Source: an uncultured Spirochaetota bacterium (GTDB lineage Bacteria > Spirochaetota > Spirochaetia > SZUA-6 > Fen-1364). Taken from it: 64,000 nucleotides of DNA. The stretch lies in the NCBI GenBank assembly GCA_963820525.1, contig CAWGAA010000001.1, positions 2,112,001-2,176,000 of the forward strand, given 5' to 3'. This document shows, in pieces, positions 1 to 9,160 of the stretch (the stretch's first letter is position 1; each line of letters starts with the position of its first letter). Below the pieces are notes generated by a model. It had not been told where the DNA came from, searched no databases, and saw nothing but the letters and a program-made list of their open reading frames with translations. The position numbers were made by a program, and so were the translations under genes.

Positions 1-1916
1 GTCTTCACGCTCACCAGGTTCACGATCGTTTTGTACAGAAGGATGCCCTGGGAGATGATGGCCCGGATCGTGCGCAAGAGCTCAAGCTCGTGCGCGTCAA
101 CGTTCTGACTCCCCGTTCGGTTGGAGAGGATGAGCATCCCCAGCGTGTCGCGGCCGCCGCGGAGAGGCAGAAACACGAAGGAAGAAATAAGGCTCTTCAC
201 CCCCGCGTCGATGTCGGGCCTATTGGCGAGGATCCTGTTGATGTCTTCCATGGGGATGGGGAGAACTTCCCCGGGGCTCTTGGATTCCGCCGTGAGCTGC
301 AGATGCAGCTCGCATGCCACGCCGGCCGCCGCTTCGCTCACCGGGTCCAGCGAATACTTCTTGAAGCTTCCCCCCTTCTCGAAGGACACAAGCGCGCACG
401 CATCGCAGGTGAGGAAGCTCTTGAGTATCTGCACGATGGAGGTCATGACGGAGTCGAAATCGGCGGAGCTTCGAAACCGCTCGCTCAGGATGAACAGAAG
501 CGTCTGCTCGGACAGCCTCCTTTCCATTTCACGGAAGATGATGCTCTTCTCGATTGCCGTGGCAGTCTGGTTGGCTATTGTATTGAGGAACCGCAGGTCC
601 TCGTTGTTGTACATTGTGCCGGCAAGCTTCGGTCCCATAATCAGGGTTCCCATGAGCTTGTCTTTCAACAACACCGGCACCACCAGGGAGATGTCGGCAC
701 CTTTGAAGAGGTGGTGGTTGTCCTCGAGGATGGGGCGGGCGCAGGGATCCATGAGGGCCTCTTCCCTCACCAGCGGCTTGCCCTCCTTACTGAGCCAGCG
801 CGCCAGGGTGCTCTGCTCCCCGATGCCCAGATCCGTGGAGGGTCCGGGAGCGGAGCCGGCGGACTTGCGCACAGTGAAGGCGTTTCTCTGTTCATCGAGC
901 AGCGCGATGGAAAGCCCCACGGGTTTGACGGTTTCCGCCACGGCATTGCCGACGAGATCGAGGATCCGCTCGGTGTCGTAGAGGTGGGTTACGTCGCGGC
1001 TGAAGGACTGGGTCGCTTTCTGGTAGTCCGACTTCTCCCGGAAAAATATCTTGTCCAAAGCATTCTGCAGAAGGTTTCGAAGCGGAAGGAAGATCAGGCC
1101 GAGGATGAGGATCACGATGATTCCATATGACTGTCCCGTGTACCCGATGCTCTGCTTGAGGACGCTCTCCATGACGAAGACGACCCCGAGGTAGACCGCG
1201 ACGAGGGCCAGCGTGAGGATCGAGTAGAAAAGGCTTCGCGCCAGAAAAAAACGGATGTCGAGCAGCCGGTGGCGTACCACCGCGTACCCGATGATGAGCG
1301 CGCTCACGAGGTTGAAGGAGATGTCCACGGGGTAATCGCGCAGCCCTGTAAGGTTCGAGCTCAGCCCGATCACCATGACACTGGCGCCGAGCAGCACGTA
1401 GATGATGCGGTTCCTCTGCACGGGGGACTTTTCCCGCACGAACGCCCTGACCAGGTTGTAGATCCCGCAGAGCCAGAAGAAGTACGAGCCCGCGATTATG
1501 ACGAAGACCCTGGGATTGTTGAACACGGGGACGAAGTAGCCGCTGCGGCCGAACTCTACTTCCTGAAATTGCAAGCTGAGGAAACCGCCGGCCAGGATGA
1601 CCGCGCAGCTGGCGTATGACAGGATGACCAGCGCCCTCTGTCTCTTGATATTCAGAAACGAACGGGAAAAAAGGAAGAAGAATGCGTTGATCGTGCCTGA
1701 GCAGGCCAGAAGGAGGTTGTACAACACCAATGCCGTCTGGGCCGCTTTGGTAAAGTTGACAATAAGGGACGTTAACTGCAAGCAGAGAATCGCCAGGAGA
1801 TATGTGGAGAAGAAGATCCGCACACCACGCTCCGCCCTGCTGCGCAGGGTAAGCAGAGCCAGAACAAGGTAGCTCAGAAGCGCGACAAGCTTGACGATCG
1901 TGGATAGTACCAGCAT
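1..1916 (-). CDS. Membrane 7TM-GAF sensor protein, paralog of 2048..4972; runs off the left edge, so the output domain is not visible
   Basis: Absent from the ORF track (no stop in window). Hand translation from ATG 1916 gives MLVLSTIVKLVALLSYLVLALLTLRSRAERGVRIFFSTYLL..., and the frame ends ...LYKTIVNLVSVK at base 3. Both ends are colinear with the 974-aa neighbour (MLVFFTAIKIVALLSYLTLALFTL...LYRTIVNLVSVKT). Confidence 0.9.
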   Translation of the reverse strand, partial: MLVLSTIVKLVALLSYLVLALLTLRSRAERGVRIFFSTYLLAILCLQLTSLIVNFTKAAQTALVLYNLLLACSGTINAFFFLFSRSFLNIKRQRALVILSYASCAVILAGGFLSLQFQEVEFGRSGYFVPVFNNPRVFVIIAGSYFFWLCGIYNLVRAFVREKSPVQRNRIIYVLLGASVMVIGLSSNLTGLRDYPVDISFNLVSALIIGYAVVRHRLLDIRFFLARSLFYSILTLALVAVYLGVVFVMESVLKQSIGYTGQSYGIIVILILGLIFLPLRNLLQNALDKIFFREKSDYQKATQSFSRDVTHLYDTERILDLVGNAVAETVKPVGLSIALLDEQRNAFTVRKSAGSAPGPSTDLGIGEQSTLARWLSKEGKPLVREEALMDPCARPILEDNHHLFKGADISLVVPVLLKDKLMGTLIMGPKLAGTMYNNEDLRFLNTIANQTATAIEKSIIFREMERRLSEQTLLFILSERFRSSADFDSVMTSIVQILKSFLTCDACALVSFEKGGSFKKYSLDPVSEAAAGVACELHLQLTAESKSPGEVLPIPMEDINRILANRPDIDAGVKSLISSFVFLPLRGGRDTLGMLILSNRTGSQNVDAHELELLRTIRAIISQGILLYKTIVNLVSVK

Positions 1917-1922
1917 CTGTCC

Positions 1923-2022
1923 TCAGTTCTTCCAGGAACGTATAAGTGCGCAAGGTCCCTCCGGACGCTTGCCTCTCGCCATAGTATCTACGAAACATTC
2001 CCTTGGAAAGCAGAGAGATGCG
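1923..2022 (-). pseudogene. Degenerate 3' remnant of a GH3-family gene
   Basis: Translates ISLLSKGMFRRYYGERQASG and, in another frame, LIRSWKN*. The intact GH3 C-terminus reads VSILSKGTFHRYYEERQAAG...RMSSWKI*. DNA CCTTGGAAAG is identical at 2001-2010 and 5111-5120. Confidence 0.8.
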
Positions 2023-2047
2023 CCACACCCCGGGCAGCGTATCGGCA

Positions 2048-4972
2048 CTATATCTCCTTGAAGAGGATCGTGAAGCGGGTCCCGCGGCCGCTTTCAAGCT
2101 CGATTCTGCCCTTGAGCTGCTCCGTGAGCGTGCACACGAGCTTCAGCCCCAGGGACTCCGTGTCGCGAAAGTTCAGGCCCGGGGGGAAGCCCTTCCCATC
2201 GTCAGAGACCGTCAGGCGGAACCACTTCTCCGCCGGCCCGCCCTTCATGCCGTCGGGCGGATCCGCGGGATTCATCACGATCCGCACCTTCCCCGATCGA
2301 TCCGCCGAGAAAGCGTGCTTGAGGGAGTTGGAGACCAGCTCGTTGATGATGAGGCCGCAGGGCACGGCGGTGTCCATCCCGAGGGTGATGTTGGCCACCT
2401 CCAGGCAGAGGTCCACCGCGCTGGCCTGCTCGCCGTATGACATGAAGAGGTTTCGCATCAGGTCCCGGATGTATTCGGAGAAGGCAATGCCGGCGGGGCT
2501 GTTGGACTGGTAGAGCTTTTCATGGAGCAGCGCCATGGAGCGGACGCGGTTCTGGCTCTCCCGGAACATCTCCCGCGTCTTCTCCTCCTGGACGTAGCAG
2601 GACTGGAGGTACAGGAGGCTGGAGATCACCTGGAGGTTGTTCTTGATCCGATGGTGGATCTCCTTGATGAGGAGCATGTTCTTCGACATCTCCTCCGCCT
2701 TGAGGCGCTCCGTGATGTCCCGCGCGATCCCGACGATCTCGCGGGTCTTGCCGTCCTCTCCCGTCATGACGGAGCCGGAAAAGAGCATCGGCACTTCGGT
2801 CCCGTCACTGGTGCGGTACTTCATCTCGTAGTTGGAGACGGACCCGGCGGCGAGCAGGCCAACGATGCCTTCCTCGGTGAACAGGGCCTCCCCCTTTCCC
2901 GCAACCTCCCTCATGTGCCGGCCGACGAGCTCCTCCTCCCTGTAGCCCAGCCGCCTGCGGGTGGCCCTGTTCACGCTCTTGATGGTGCCCGCTAGGTCCA
3001 GGATCACAAGCGTGTCCCCCATGTTGTTGAGGCTGCCGAGGATGTTCTCGTTGTACGTCTTCACGCTCACAAGGTTCACGATCGTTCTGTACAGAACGAT
3101 GCCCTGGGAGATGATGGCCCGGATCGTGCGCATCAGCTCAAGCTCGCGCGCCTCCACGTTGGGGCCCCCCGTGCGGTTGGGCAGGATCAGCATCCCCAGT
3201 GTGTCGCTGCCGCCGCGGAGGGGCAGAAACACGAAGGAGGCAATGAGGCCCCGGAGCCCCGTGTCGATGTCAGGCCGCCGGGCGAGAATGCCGTCGATCT
3301 CCTCCGGGGGGATGGGGAGGGCCTCCCCTGTGCTCTTGGATTCCGCCAACAGCCGCGCTTGAAGCTCGCACGCCACGCCCGCCGCCGCGTCGCTCACCGC
3401 GTCCAGGGAATACCTCTTGGAGCTTCCCGCCTTCTCGAAGGAGACAAGGGCGCAGTAGTCGCAGGTGAGGAAGCTCTTGAGAATCTGCACGATGGAGGTC
3501 ATGACGGAGTCGAAATCGGCGGAGCTTCGAAAGCGCTCGCTCAGGATGAATAGGAGCGTCTGCTCGGACAACCGCCTTTCCATCTCCCGGAAGGTGATGC
3601 TCTTCTCGATTGCCGTGGCGGTCTGGTTGGCAATGGTGTTGAGGAACCGCAGGTCCTCGTCGTTGTACATCGTGCCGGAACGTTTCGGCCCCATGAACAA
3701 CATTCCCATCAGCCTGTTCTTCAGCATGATGGGGGCCACGAGCGATACGTCGGCGGCTTCCAGCAGGTGCCGGTTCTCCTCCGCCACCGTCCGCATCACC
3801 GGATCGATCAGCGCTTCCTCGCGCAGGACGGGCCGGCCGTTTGCCCGAAGCCAGCGGGCCAGGGAGCCATGCTCCGCCAGTGCCATATCCGCCGCCGGCG
3901 CCGCAGTCCTGCCAAGCGATTTGCGCACGGAGAAGACCTTGCGCTCCTCGTCGAGAAGCGAGATGGTGAGCCCCGACGGCTTGATGGCTCTGGACACGGT
4001 GTCGGCGACCAGATCGAGGATGCGGTCAGTGTCGTACAGCGAGGTGACGTCGCGGCTGAAGGACTGCGTCGCCTTCTGGTAGTCCGACTTCTCCCGGAAG
4101 AAGAGCCTGTCCAAGGTGTTTTGCAGCATATTGCGGAGCGGCAAGAAAAGAATGGCCACGATGATGATGCCCGCAATGCCGTACGCCGGGCCGGTATAGC
4201 CAATTTGACGTTGGATAAGGCTTCCAAGCCCTACGGCAATGCCCAGGTATGCGGCGACGAGGCTGCTTGTGAGCAAGGAATATAAAAGGCTTCGAGCGAG
4301 CAGAAAACGGATGTCGAGAAGCCTGTGGCGGACGACGGCGTAGCCGATAATGAACGCGCTCACGAGATTGAAGGAAATGTCAACGGGATAATCCCGCAAA
4401 CCTGTCAGGTTCGACGTGAGCCCGATCATGACGCTCAGCGCCCCCAGGAGAACGTAGAAAATGCGGTTGCGCTGCATTGGGGAGCTTTCCGCCCTCAGCC
4501 TCCGGACGAGATTGAAAATCCCGAAGAAAAAGAAAAAGGCTGAGATGCCGACCAACGCAAAGAGTCCCTTTGCGTTGAACACGGGAACCCAGTAACCGCC
4601 TCGACCGACGCTCACCCCCTGCCATGGCAATCCCATGAGCGAGCCCGCCAGAAGAGCTGCGCAGGAGATGAAGGCGAGAACCATGAGAAACTTCTGGCGC
4701 GTGATCCCGATGAAGGCCCTCGTGAAGGGGAAGAAAAGAATCGCCCAATTGAAGGTGCCGGCGAACACGAGCTTGTACCAAAACAACGCGGCTTCGGCGT
4801 TCTGTGACAGATTCACCATGATCGCGGTGAACTGCCAGAACGCCATCCCGTACAGATAGATGGAGAAGTACACCCGTGTGCGCCGATCGGACTTGCTGAG
4901 CAGGGTAAAAAGGGCGAGGGTCAGGTAGCTGAGTAATGCGACGATCTTGATGGCGGTGAAGAATACGAGCAT
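2048..4972 (-). CDS. Membrane sensor histidine kinase: N-terminal 7TM-type membrane domain, GAF, PAS, HisKA_2, HATPase_c
   Basis: About 280 hydrophobic N-terminal aa; GAF motif (PIMLKNRLMGMLFMGPKRSG..Y..EDLRFL..IANQ); PAS ending ARDITER; H-box EIHHRIKNNLQVISSLL; N-box NELVSNSLKHAF; DDGKG; G2 SLGL. Confidence 0.93.
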   Translation of the reverse strand: MLVFFTAIKIVALLSYLTLALFTLLSKSDRRTRVYFSIYLYGMAFWQFTAIMVNLSQNAEAALFWYKLVFAGTFNWAILFFPFTRAFIGITRQKFLMVLAFISCAALLAGSLMGLPWQGVSVGRGGYWVPVFNAKGLFALVGISAFFFFFGIFNLVRRLRAESSPMQRNRIFYVLLGALSVMIGLTSNLTGLRDYPVDISFNLVSAFIIGYAVVRHRLLDIRFLLARSLLYSLLTSSLVAAYLGIAVGLGSLIQRQIGYTGPAYGIAGIIIVAILFLPLRNMLQNTLDRLFFREKSDYQKATQSFSRDVTSLYDTDRILDLVADTVSRAIKPSGLTISLLDEERKVFSVRKSLGRTAAPAADMALAEHGSLARWLRANGRPVLREEALIDPVMRTVAEENRHLLEAADVSLVAPIMLKNRLMGMLFMGPKRSGTMYNDEDLRFLNTIANQTATAIEKSITFREMERRLSEQTLLFILSERFRSSADFDSVMTSIVQILKSFLTCDYCALVSFEKAGSSKRYSLDAVSDAAAGVACELQARLLAESKSTGEALPIPPEEIDGILARRPDIDTGLRGLIASFVFLPLRGGSDTLGMLILPNRTGGPNVEARELELMRTIRAIISQGIVLYRTIVNLVSVKTYNENILGSLNNMGDTLVILDLAGTIKSVNRATRRRLGYREEELVGRHMREVAGKGEALFTEEGIVGLLAAGSVSNYEMKYRTSDGTEVPMLFSGSVMTGEDGKTREIVGIARDITERLKAEEMSKNMLLIKEIHHRIKNNLQVISSLLYLQSCYVQEEKTREMFRESQNRVRSMALLHEKLYQSNSPAGIAFSEYIRDLMRNLFMSYGEQASAVDLCLEVANITLGMDTAVPCGLIINELVSNSLKHAFSADRSGKVRIVMNPADPPDGMKGGPAEKWFRLTVSDDGKGFPPGLNFRDTESLGLKLVCTLTEQLKGRIELESGRGTRFTILFKEI

Positions 4973-4979
4973 CTGACCT

Positions 4980-6587
4980 TCAAATCTTCCAGGAGCTCAT
5001 CCGTAAAAGGTTCTCGATGACCTTGTCGGATGCGTTGACGTGCGGGGGTTTCAGGTGCCCGAGATCCGCGCCCGCCGCCTGTCTCTCCTCATAATAGCGG
5101 TGGAACGTCCCCTTGGAAAGGATCGAAACGGTCAAGGGCTTCATGCCGATCATCTCTTCCAGATCATGATAGGGCCGGTCGATTTTTTTCAACTCCTCAT
5201 GAATTTTTTCGGCGACCGCCGCTGCTGTCGCGGTCCCTTCGCGGAGCTCGAGGTAGAGATGGAGAATAGGCTGGCCTCCGCGACTCTCTTTCCGCACCGT
5301 CCACTCCTCATAGGGTACGCCGGAAGCTTCAATGGCCAGCCATATGATTTTTTCCGTCAAACGGGTGAAATTACCGATATCGATCAATCCGTCGATCCGG
5401 GAGACGTATGTGATCTGTGGGAGAAGGATGCCGGCCGCCGGATCCTCGAGAGCGGTGACCTTGACGAGGTCCCCGACGATGTAGCGTATCATGGCGCCGC
5501 CGTAGAAATTTGTTCCCACAAGCACGTATTCCGAGCCTGGCTGCACCTCATCCATCAGGAACGACCGGGGAATGAGGGAAGAGTCCTGTACGACTGCCCT
5601 GTAGTCCTTTTCGGGAAGGAACTCCCAGAAATCAAACTCGGGGTGGAAGACGAAACCGCCGCGAGTCCAGGACTGGGGGCCCATCCCCAGGTACTCCGTG
5701 GCCACGTACGCTTCGAGGGGTTCGACGCCCCAGGATTGCGCAACTGTATTCTTGAAGATCGACGTATCGGTGCCGCCGCAGAGCACACCGCTCACTTTCC
5801 ACATGTCCTTGAGTTGGATCGGTTTTCCCGTGAGCGCCCTCTTGAGAAGCGCCTTCGAGATTCGGAAAAGCGCCCTGGGATCCATGGGGATCTTTGCCGC
5901 CGAGCCGCGCTGTCCGATGCGGCCAAGACTTTCGCTTATCTTCAGCAGTATCGAGGTGACGCCGAAGAAAAAGTCCAGGCCTTCGCTCAACGCCCTGCGG
6001 AAAGCCTCCCGGATCCTCTCCTGAAACTCCATGGTGACCGCTTTCTCGATGGGGGGAAATGCGACGAAATCGAACTGCTCCATCAGACTCTGAAAGAGGA
6101 GTCCCGATGCATAGGGAGGAGGGGCCACGAGATAGGGGATTTTCATGCCCGCGTGCAGTTTGACGTCGCCCCTCTTCTTCGCCATGGCGATGATGAATGC
6201 GCTCAGGGACACTTCTCCGAGAATATCGTACATCCTCCTCGTATAGGGGATCCACTTCAGCGCGTACTCCCCGCTGTTGCCCGAGGTGTGGGCCCAAACG
6301 AAAGGTTTTTCGGGCAGTACGTCTTCATTACGACTGAGCAGGAAGGGTTCGTAGTCCTTGTACGTGGTGAAAGGGACAGTCGCGCGGAAATCCTCCATCG
6401 TTTTCGGTCGCGCGCCTCGCATGATGCGGGCGCCGAGCTCGCAGCCGGCGAGTCTCGGCAGCTGCTCCTCGAGGAGCTTGCGCTGAATGGCCATGTACTG
6501 GCCGATATTCAAATCGAGAAATCCGCAATACTTCTGCCAGATTTCTCGCTTTTTCCCCTGCCTCAGAAGCTCGGTAGCGGTAGCCAT
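4980..6587 (-). CDS. GH3-family adenylate-forming enzyme (acyl acid-amido synthetase-like)
   Basis: 535 aa with GH3 motifs: VPFTTYKDY, HTSGNSG..KWIPYT (P-loop), YVATE, YVLVGTN..G.IRYIVGD. Confidence 0.85.
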   Translation of the reverse strand: MATATELLRQGKKREIWQKYCGFLDLNIGQYMAIQRKLLEEQLPRLAGCELGARIMRGARPKTMEDFRATVPFTTYKDYEPFLLSRNEDVLPEKPFVWAHTSGNSGEYALKWIPYTRRMYDILGEVSLSAFIIAMAKKRGDVKLHAGMKIPYLVAPPPYASGLLFQSLMEQFDFVAFPPIEKAVTMEFQERIREAFRRALSEGLDFFFGVTSILLKISESLGRIGQRGSAAKIPMDPRALFRISKALLKRALTGKPIQLKDMWKVSGVLCGGTDTSIFKNTVAQSWGVEPLEAYVATEYLGMGPQSWTRGGFVFHPEFDFWEFLPEKDYRAVVQDSSLIPRSFLMDEVQPGSEYVLVGTNFYGGAMIRYIVGDLVKVTALEDPAAGILLPQITYVSRIDGLIDIGNFTRLTEKIIWLAIEASGVPYEEWTVRKESRGGQPILHLYLELREGTATAAAVAEKIHEELKKIDRPYHDLEEMIGMKPLTVSILSKGTFHRYYEERQAAGADLGHLKPPHVNASDKVIENLLRMSSWKI

Positions 6588-6605
6588 CCTGCGCCCCCTG
6601 TACCT

Positions 6606-7223
6606 TCAATTTATATCCTTATCTCCTTGCGATTTCAAAGGAAAACGATACGTTTGCATGCACCTGGCGATGCTCGACGGCGTCGGAATGAGAAAGGGCA
6701 CCGTGCGGCGGTATGCGTCGTATGCGCTTCCGAAAATGCGCGGGAAAAGGATCACGTCCTCCACGGCCACCAGGAGGGCATCCGCGACGGTCCACAGGGG
6801 GACCGCCAGGAGCAGGAGACGTGAGCCGCTCAACGCCGCGATGGACAGGAGAAAAAGGGGAAGCCAGAGGACCCCCGGATGTCGACAGAGCGCGTACGTG
6901 CCCGTGGTGACCACCCGCCTCTCCGCTCTCCCTTCGGCGCGGGACGGGAAAACGGCAATCTCCAGGAAAAGAGAGGATGCGAGGAGGAAGAGGAATACAG
7001 CCGAGCAAATCCCTCCCGCCGCCCGCAGGAGAACCGGCGGGGCGAAGCGGTCGCCGTTCAACAGCAGCGCCGCAAGGGCGGCGAGCAGGAGCGCCGCGGA
7101 GCCCGCGATCGAGCCCACGCGAAGCGCCCGCAGCCCGCGCCAATCGGCCCAATCGGAGAGGAGAAAGAGGGGAAAGCTCGCCGTGCCCGCGATGAGAGCG
7201 ATCACGCCTTGAGGTCCCGACAT
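6606..7223 (-). CDS. Integral-membrane methyltransferase, isoprenylcysteine carboxyl methyltransferase (ICMT)/PEMT-like
   Basis: Several TM segments; VVTTGTYALCRHP motif; ED..L...FG..Y..YRR.VPFLIP C-terminal motif. Confidence 0.82.
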   Translation of the reverse strand: MSGPQGVIALIAGTASFPLFLLSDWADWRGLRALRVGSIAGSAALLLAALAALLLNGDRFAPPVLLRAAGGICSAVFLFLLASSLFLEIAVFPSRAEGRAERRVVTTGTYALCRHPGVLWLPLFLLSIAALSGSRLLLLAVPLWTVADALLVAVEDVILFPRIFGSAYDAYRRTVPFLIPTPSSIARCMQTYRFPLKSQGDKDIN

Positions 7224-7224
7224 C

Positions 7225-8751
7225 TCATTCGCGTTCGAAGGCGATCAGGCAGATGTCGTCCTCGAAATCCCTGCTCACCCGCCACTGCAAAAGCTGGGCG
7301 TCGATTGCTGCCACTGCATCCTGAAGGTTCGCGCTCCTCGTCTTCCTGATCAGCGCCATGACCCGATCCTCCGAGAACTTCACCATGTCCGGGTTCCCGC
7401 AGTCGATGAGGCCATCAGAGTAGAAGAAAAGCCGGTCGCCCGGCTCCAGGGCGAGCTCGGATTCGGCAAGCTCGAGCTCGGGCGCGAGCCCGAGGGCGCG
7501 GCCGGGGACCCGCAGGATGTGGAGGCCGCCGTCGCCTTTCTGCCATACGGGATACGGCTGGCCCGCCCGCGCGATGGTGACCTTCCAATCCGTGGTGTCG
7601 ATGATGCCGTACAGGATGGAGAAATAGGGGATCCCCGAGGCCGGGACGAACTTCTCGTTCAGCTTCTCCATGACATCCCGCGGCGAGAGGGGATCCGCAT
7701 CGAGCAGCGGCAGCCGGCCGTGCGGGCTGGAGGGTGAGGGAAAGATCAGGCGGTGCAGGAGAAGCGAATTGACGGCGGAAGCAAGACCGTGGCCCGCAAC
7801 GTCGATCATGTACAGGCAGACGTGGCGGGAATCAACGGGGAAGGCGTTGAACAGGTCTCCGGCGGCGAGGTCCGAGGGATGGAACAGCCATTGCACGCGA
7901 AGGCCGGGAATCTCCACGTCTTCGCGGGGAAGCAGGTTCCTCTGCAGCTCGAGGGCCTGCGCGAGCTCGCGGGAAACGATGTCGCGGAACTTCGTGCGCT
8001 CCGTGACGTCCCGGAACGCCAGAACGACCCCGCGGACATTGCCGTTTTCATCCCGATAGGGGGCGAGGGTGCAATCCACGCGGATCCGCCCGCGGTCCCT
8101 GGTGAGGAGAATGAGATCCGTCATCTCCGCGATCTCGCCGCTCTTGACCACCCGGGCGAGCGGAACAACCACCTTTTCCAGGGTCTCGGCGTCGAAGACC
8201 GTGAGGATCTGTCCAAGGCACACGCCGGAGCCGGCGTGCTCGCTGCCCAGGAGGGTCCTCTGCGCCGTGGGGTTGAGATACTCGACCAGCCCCTTGGTAT
8301 CCGCCACGACCACCCCTTCGCCGATGGAGCGCAGGATCGTCTGCAGCTTTTCCTTTGCGCGCCAGAGCTTCCCCTCCATCGTCGACTTGTAGAGGGCCAT
8401 CTCCACGGTGGCCTGCAGGGTCCTCTCTTCGAAGGGCTTGGTGATATAGCCGAAGGGCTCCGTCAGCTTCGCCCTCTCCAGGGTCTTCTCTTCCGAGTAT
8501 GCCGTAAGATAGACGATGGGCACGCGGAATGCCTCCCGGATCATCCCCGCCGCCTCGACACCATCGATGACGCCCTTGAGGCGGATGTCCATGAGGATGA
8601 GGTCGGGCTCCACCTCCATGGCCTTGCGCACCGCCTCCTCGCCGGTGGATACGGTGACGGGCACCTCGTAGCCCATGTTCTTGAGGCTTTTCTCAATCGC
8701 GAGCGCGACGAGACTTTCGTCCTCGACGATCATGATTCGCGATTTCTCCAT
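7225..8751 (-). CDS. Response regulator receiver + PAS + SpoIIE (PP2C-type) phosphatase
   Basis: REC (IMIVEDE, LILMD, LTAY, ITKPF); PAS ending FRDVTER; SpoIIE motifs LQRNLLP, AGDLF, IDVAGHG, YSDGL, EDD. Start placed at MEKSR (8751); the ORF extends to 8844. Confidence 0.92.
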   Translation of the reverse strand: MEKSRIMIVEDESLVALAIEKSLKNMGYEVPVTVSTGEEAVRKAMEVEPDLILMDIRLKGVIDGVEAAGMIREAFRVPIVYLTAYSEEKTLERAKLTEPFGYITKPFEERTLQATVEMALYKSTMEGKLWRAKEKLQTILRSIGEGVVVADTKGLVEYLNPTAQRTLLGSEHAGSGVCLGQILTVFDAETLEKVVVPLARVVKSGEIAEMTDLILLTRDRGRIRVDCTLAPYRDENGNVRGVVLAFRDVTERTKFRDIVSRELAQALELQRNLLPREDVEIPGLRVQWLFHPSDLAAGDLFNAFPVDSRHVCLYMIDVAGHGLASAVNSLLLHRLIFPSPSSPHGRLPLLDADPLSPRDVMEKLNEKFVPASGIPYFSILYGIIDTTDWKVTIARAGQPYPVWQKGDGGLHILRVPGRALGLAPELELAESELALEPGDRLFFYSDGLIDCGNPDMVKFSEDRVMALIRKTRSANLQDAVAAIDAQLLQWRVSRDFEDDICLIAFERE

Positions 8752-8905
8752 GCCATTACCCCGAAGAGCCGTCCCGTTTGATATGCACCTCACAATGTAG
8801 CGAAAAAGAGGACGAATTTCCATGGCGGGGCAGCCGTGCAACACACACCCGTTTGTCTCCCCCGAACGGACGGATTACTTTTTTTACGTGAAGGGAGAAT
8901 GTCCC

Positions 8906-9091
8906 ATGTCGCACGCGGGTCGCTCGCTGAACACCGATTCGTCGACTTACTCCGCGGCACTTCCCTACACTACCCTGCCGCAGCTTTTGCGCGCCGTTAC
9001 AGCCTCCTTCAACCGGGATGACGCCCTGAACTATCCCCTCGATGGGCCTCAGCCCGTAGAGGCGGCGCCCGGCCCGTTGGACGCATTGTAA
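8906..9091 (+). pseudogene. Possible N-terminal remnant of a long-chain acyl-CoA synthetase (AMP-binding family)
   Basis: RBS-like GGGAGA upstream. Peptide TLPQLLRAVTASFNRDDALNYPLDG resembles FadD-type N-termini but stops after 61 codons. Confidence 0.35.
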
Positions 9092-9107
9092 AAAGATGAT
9101 CTTTTGC

Positions 9108-9149
9108 TTGACAGAATGTATAACATTTGTTATAATAACTTGAGTTATA
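9108..9149 (+). promoter_or_regulatory. Consensus sigma70 promoter overlapped by two palindromic operators
   Basis: TTGACA 9108-9113, 17-bp spacer, TATAAT 9131-9136. Operators TATAAC-N4-GTTATA (9119-9134) and ATAAC-N4-GTTAT (9135-9148). RBS GAGGAGG before ATG 9161. Confidence 0.9.
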
Positions 9150-9160
9150 CAGAGGAGGCT

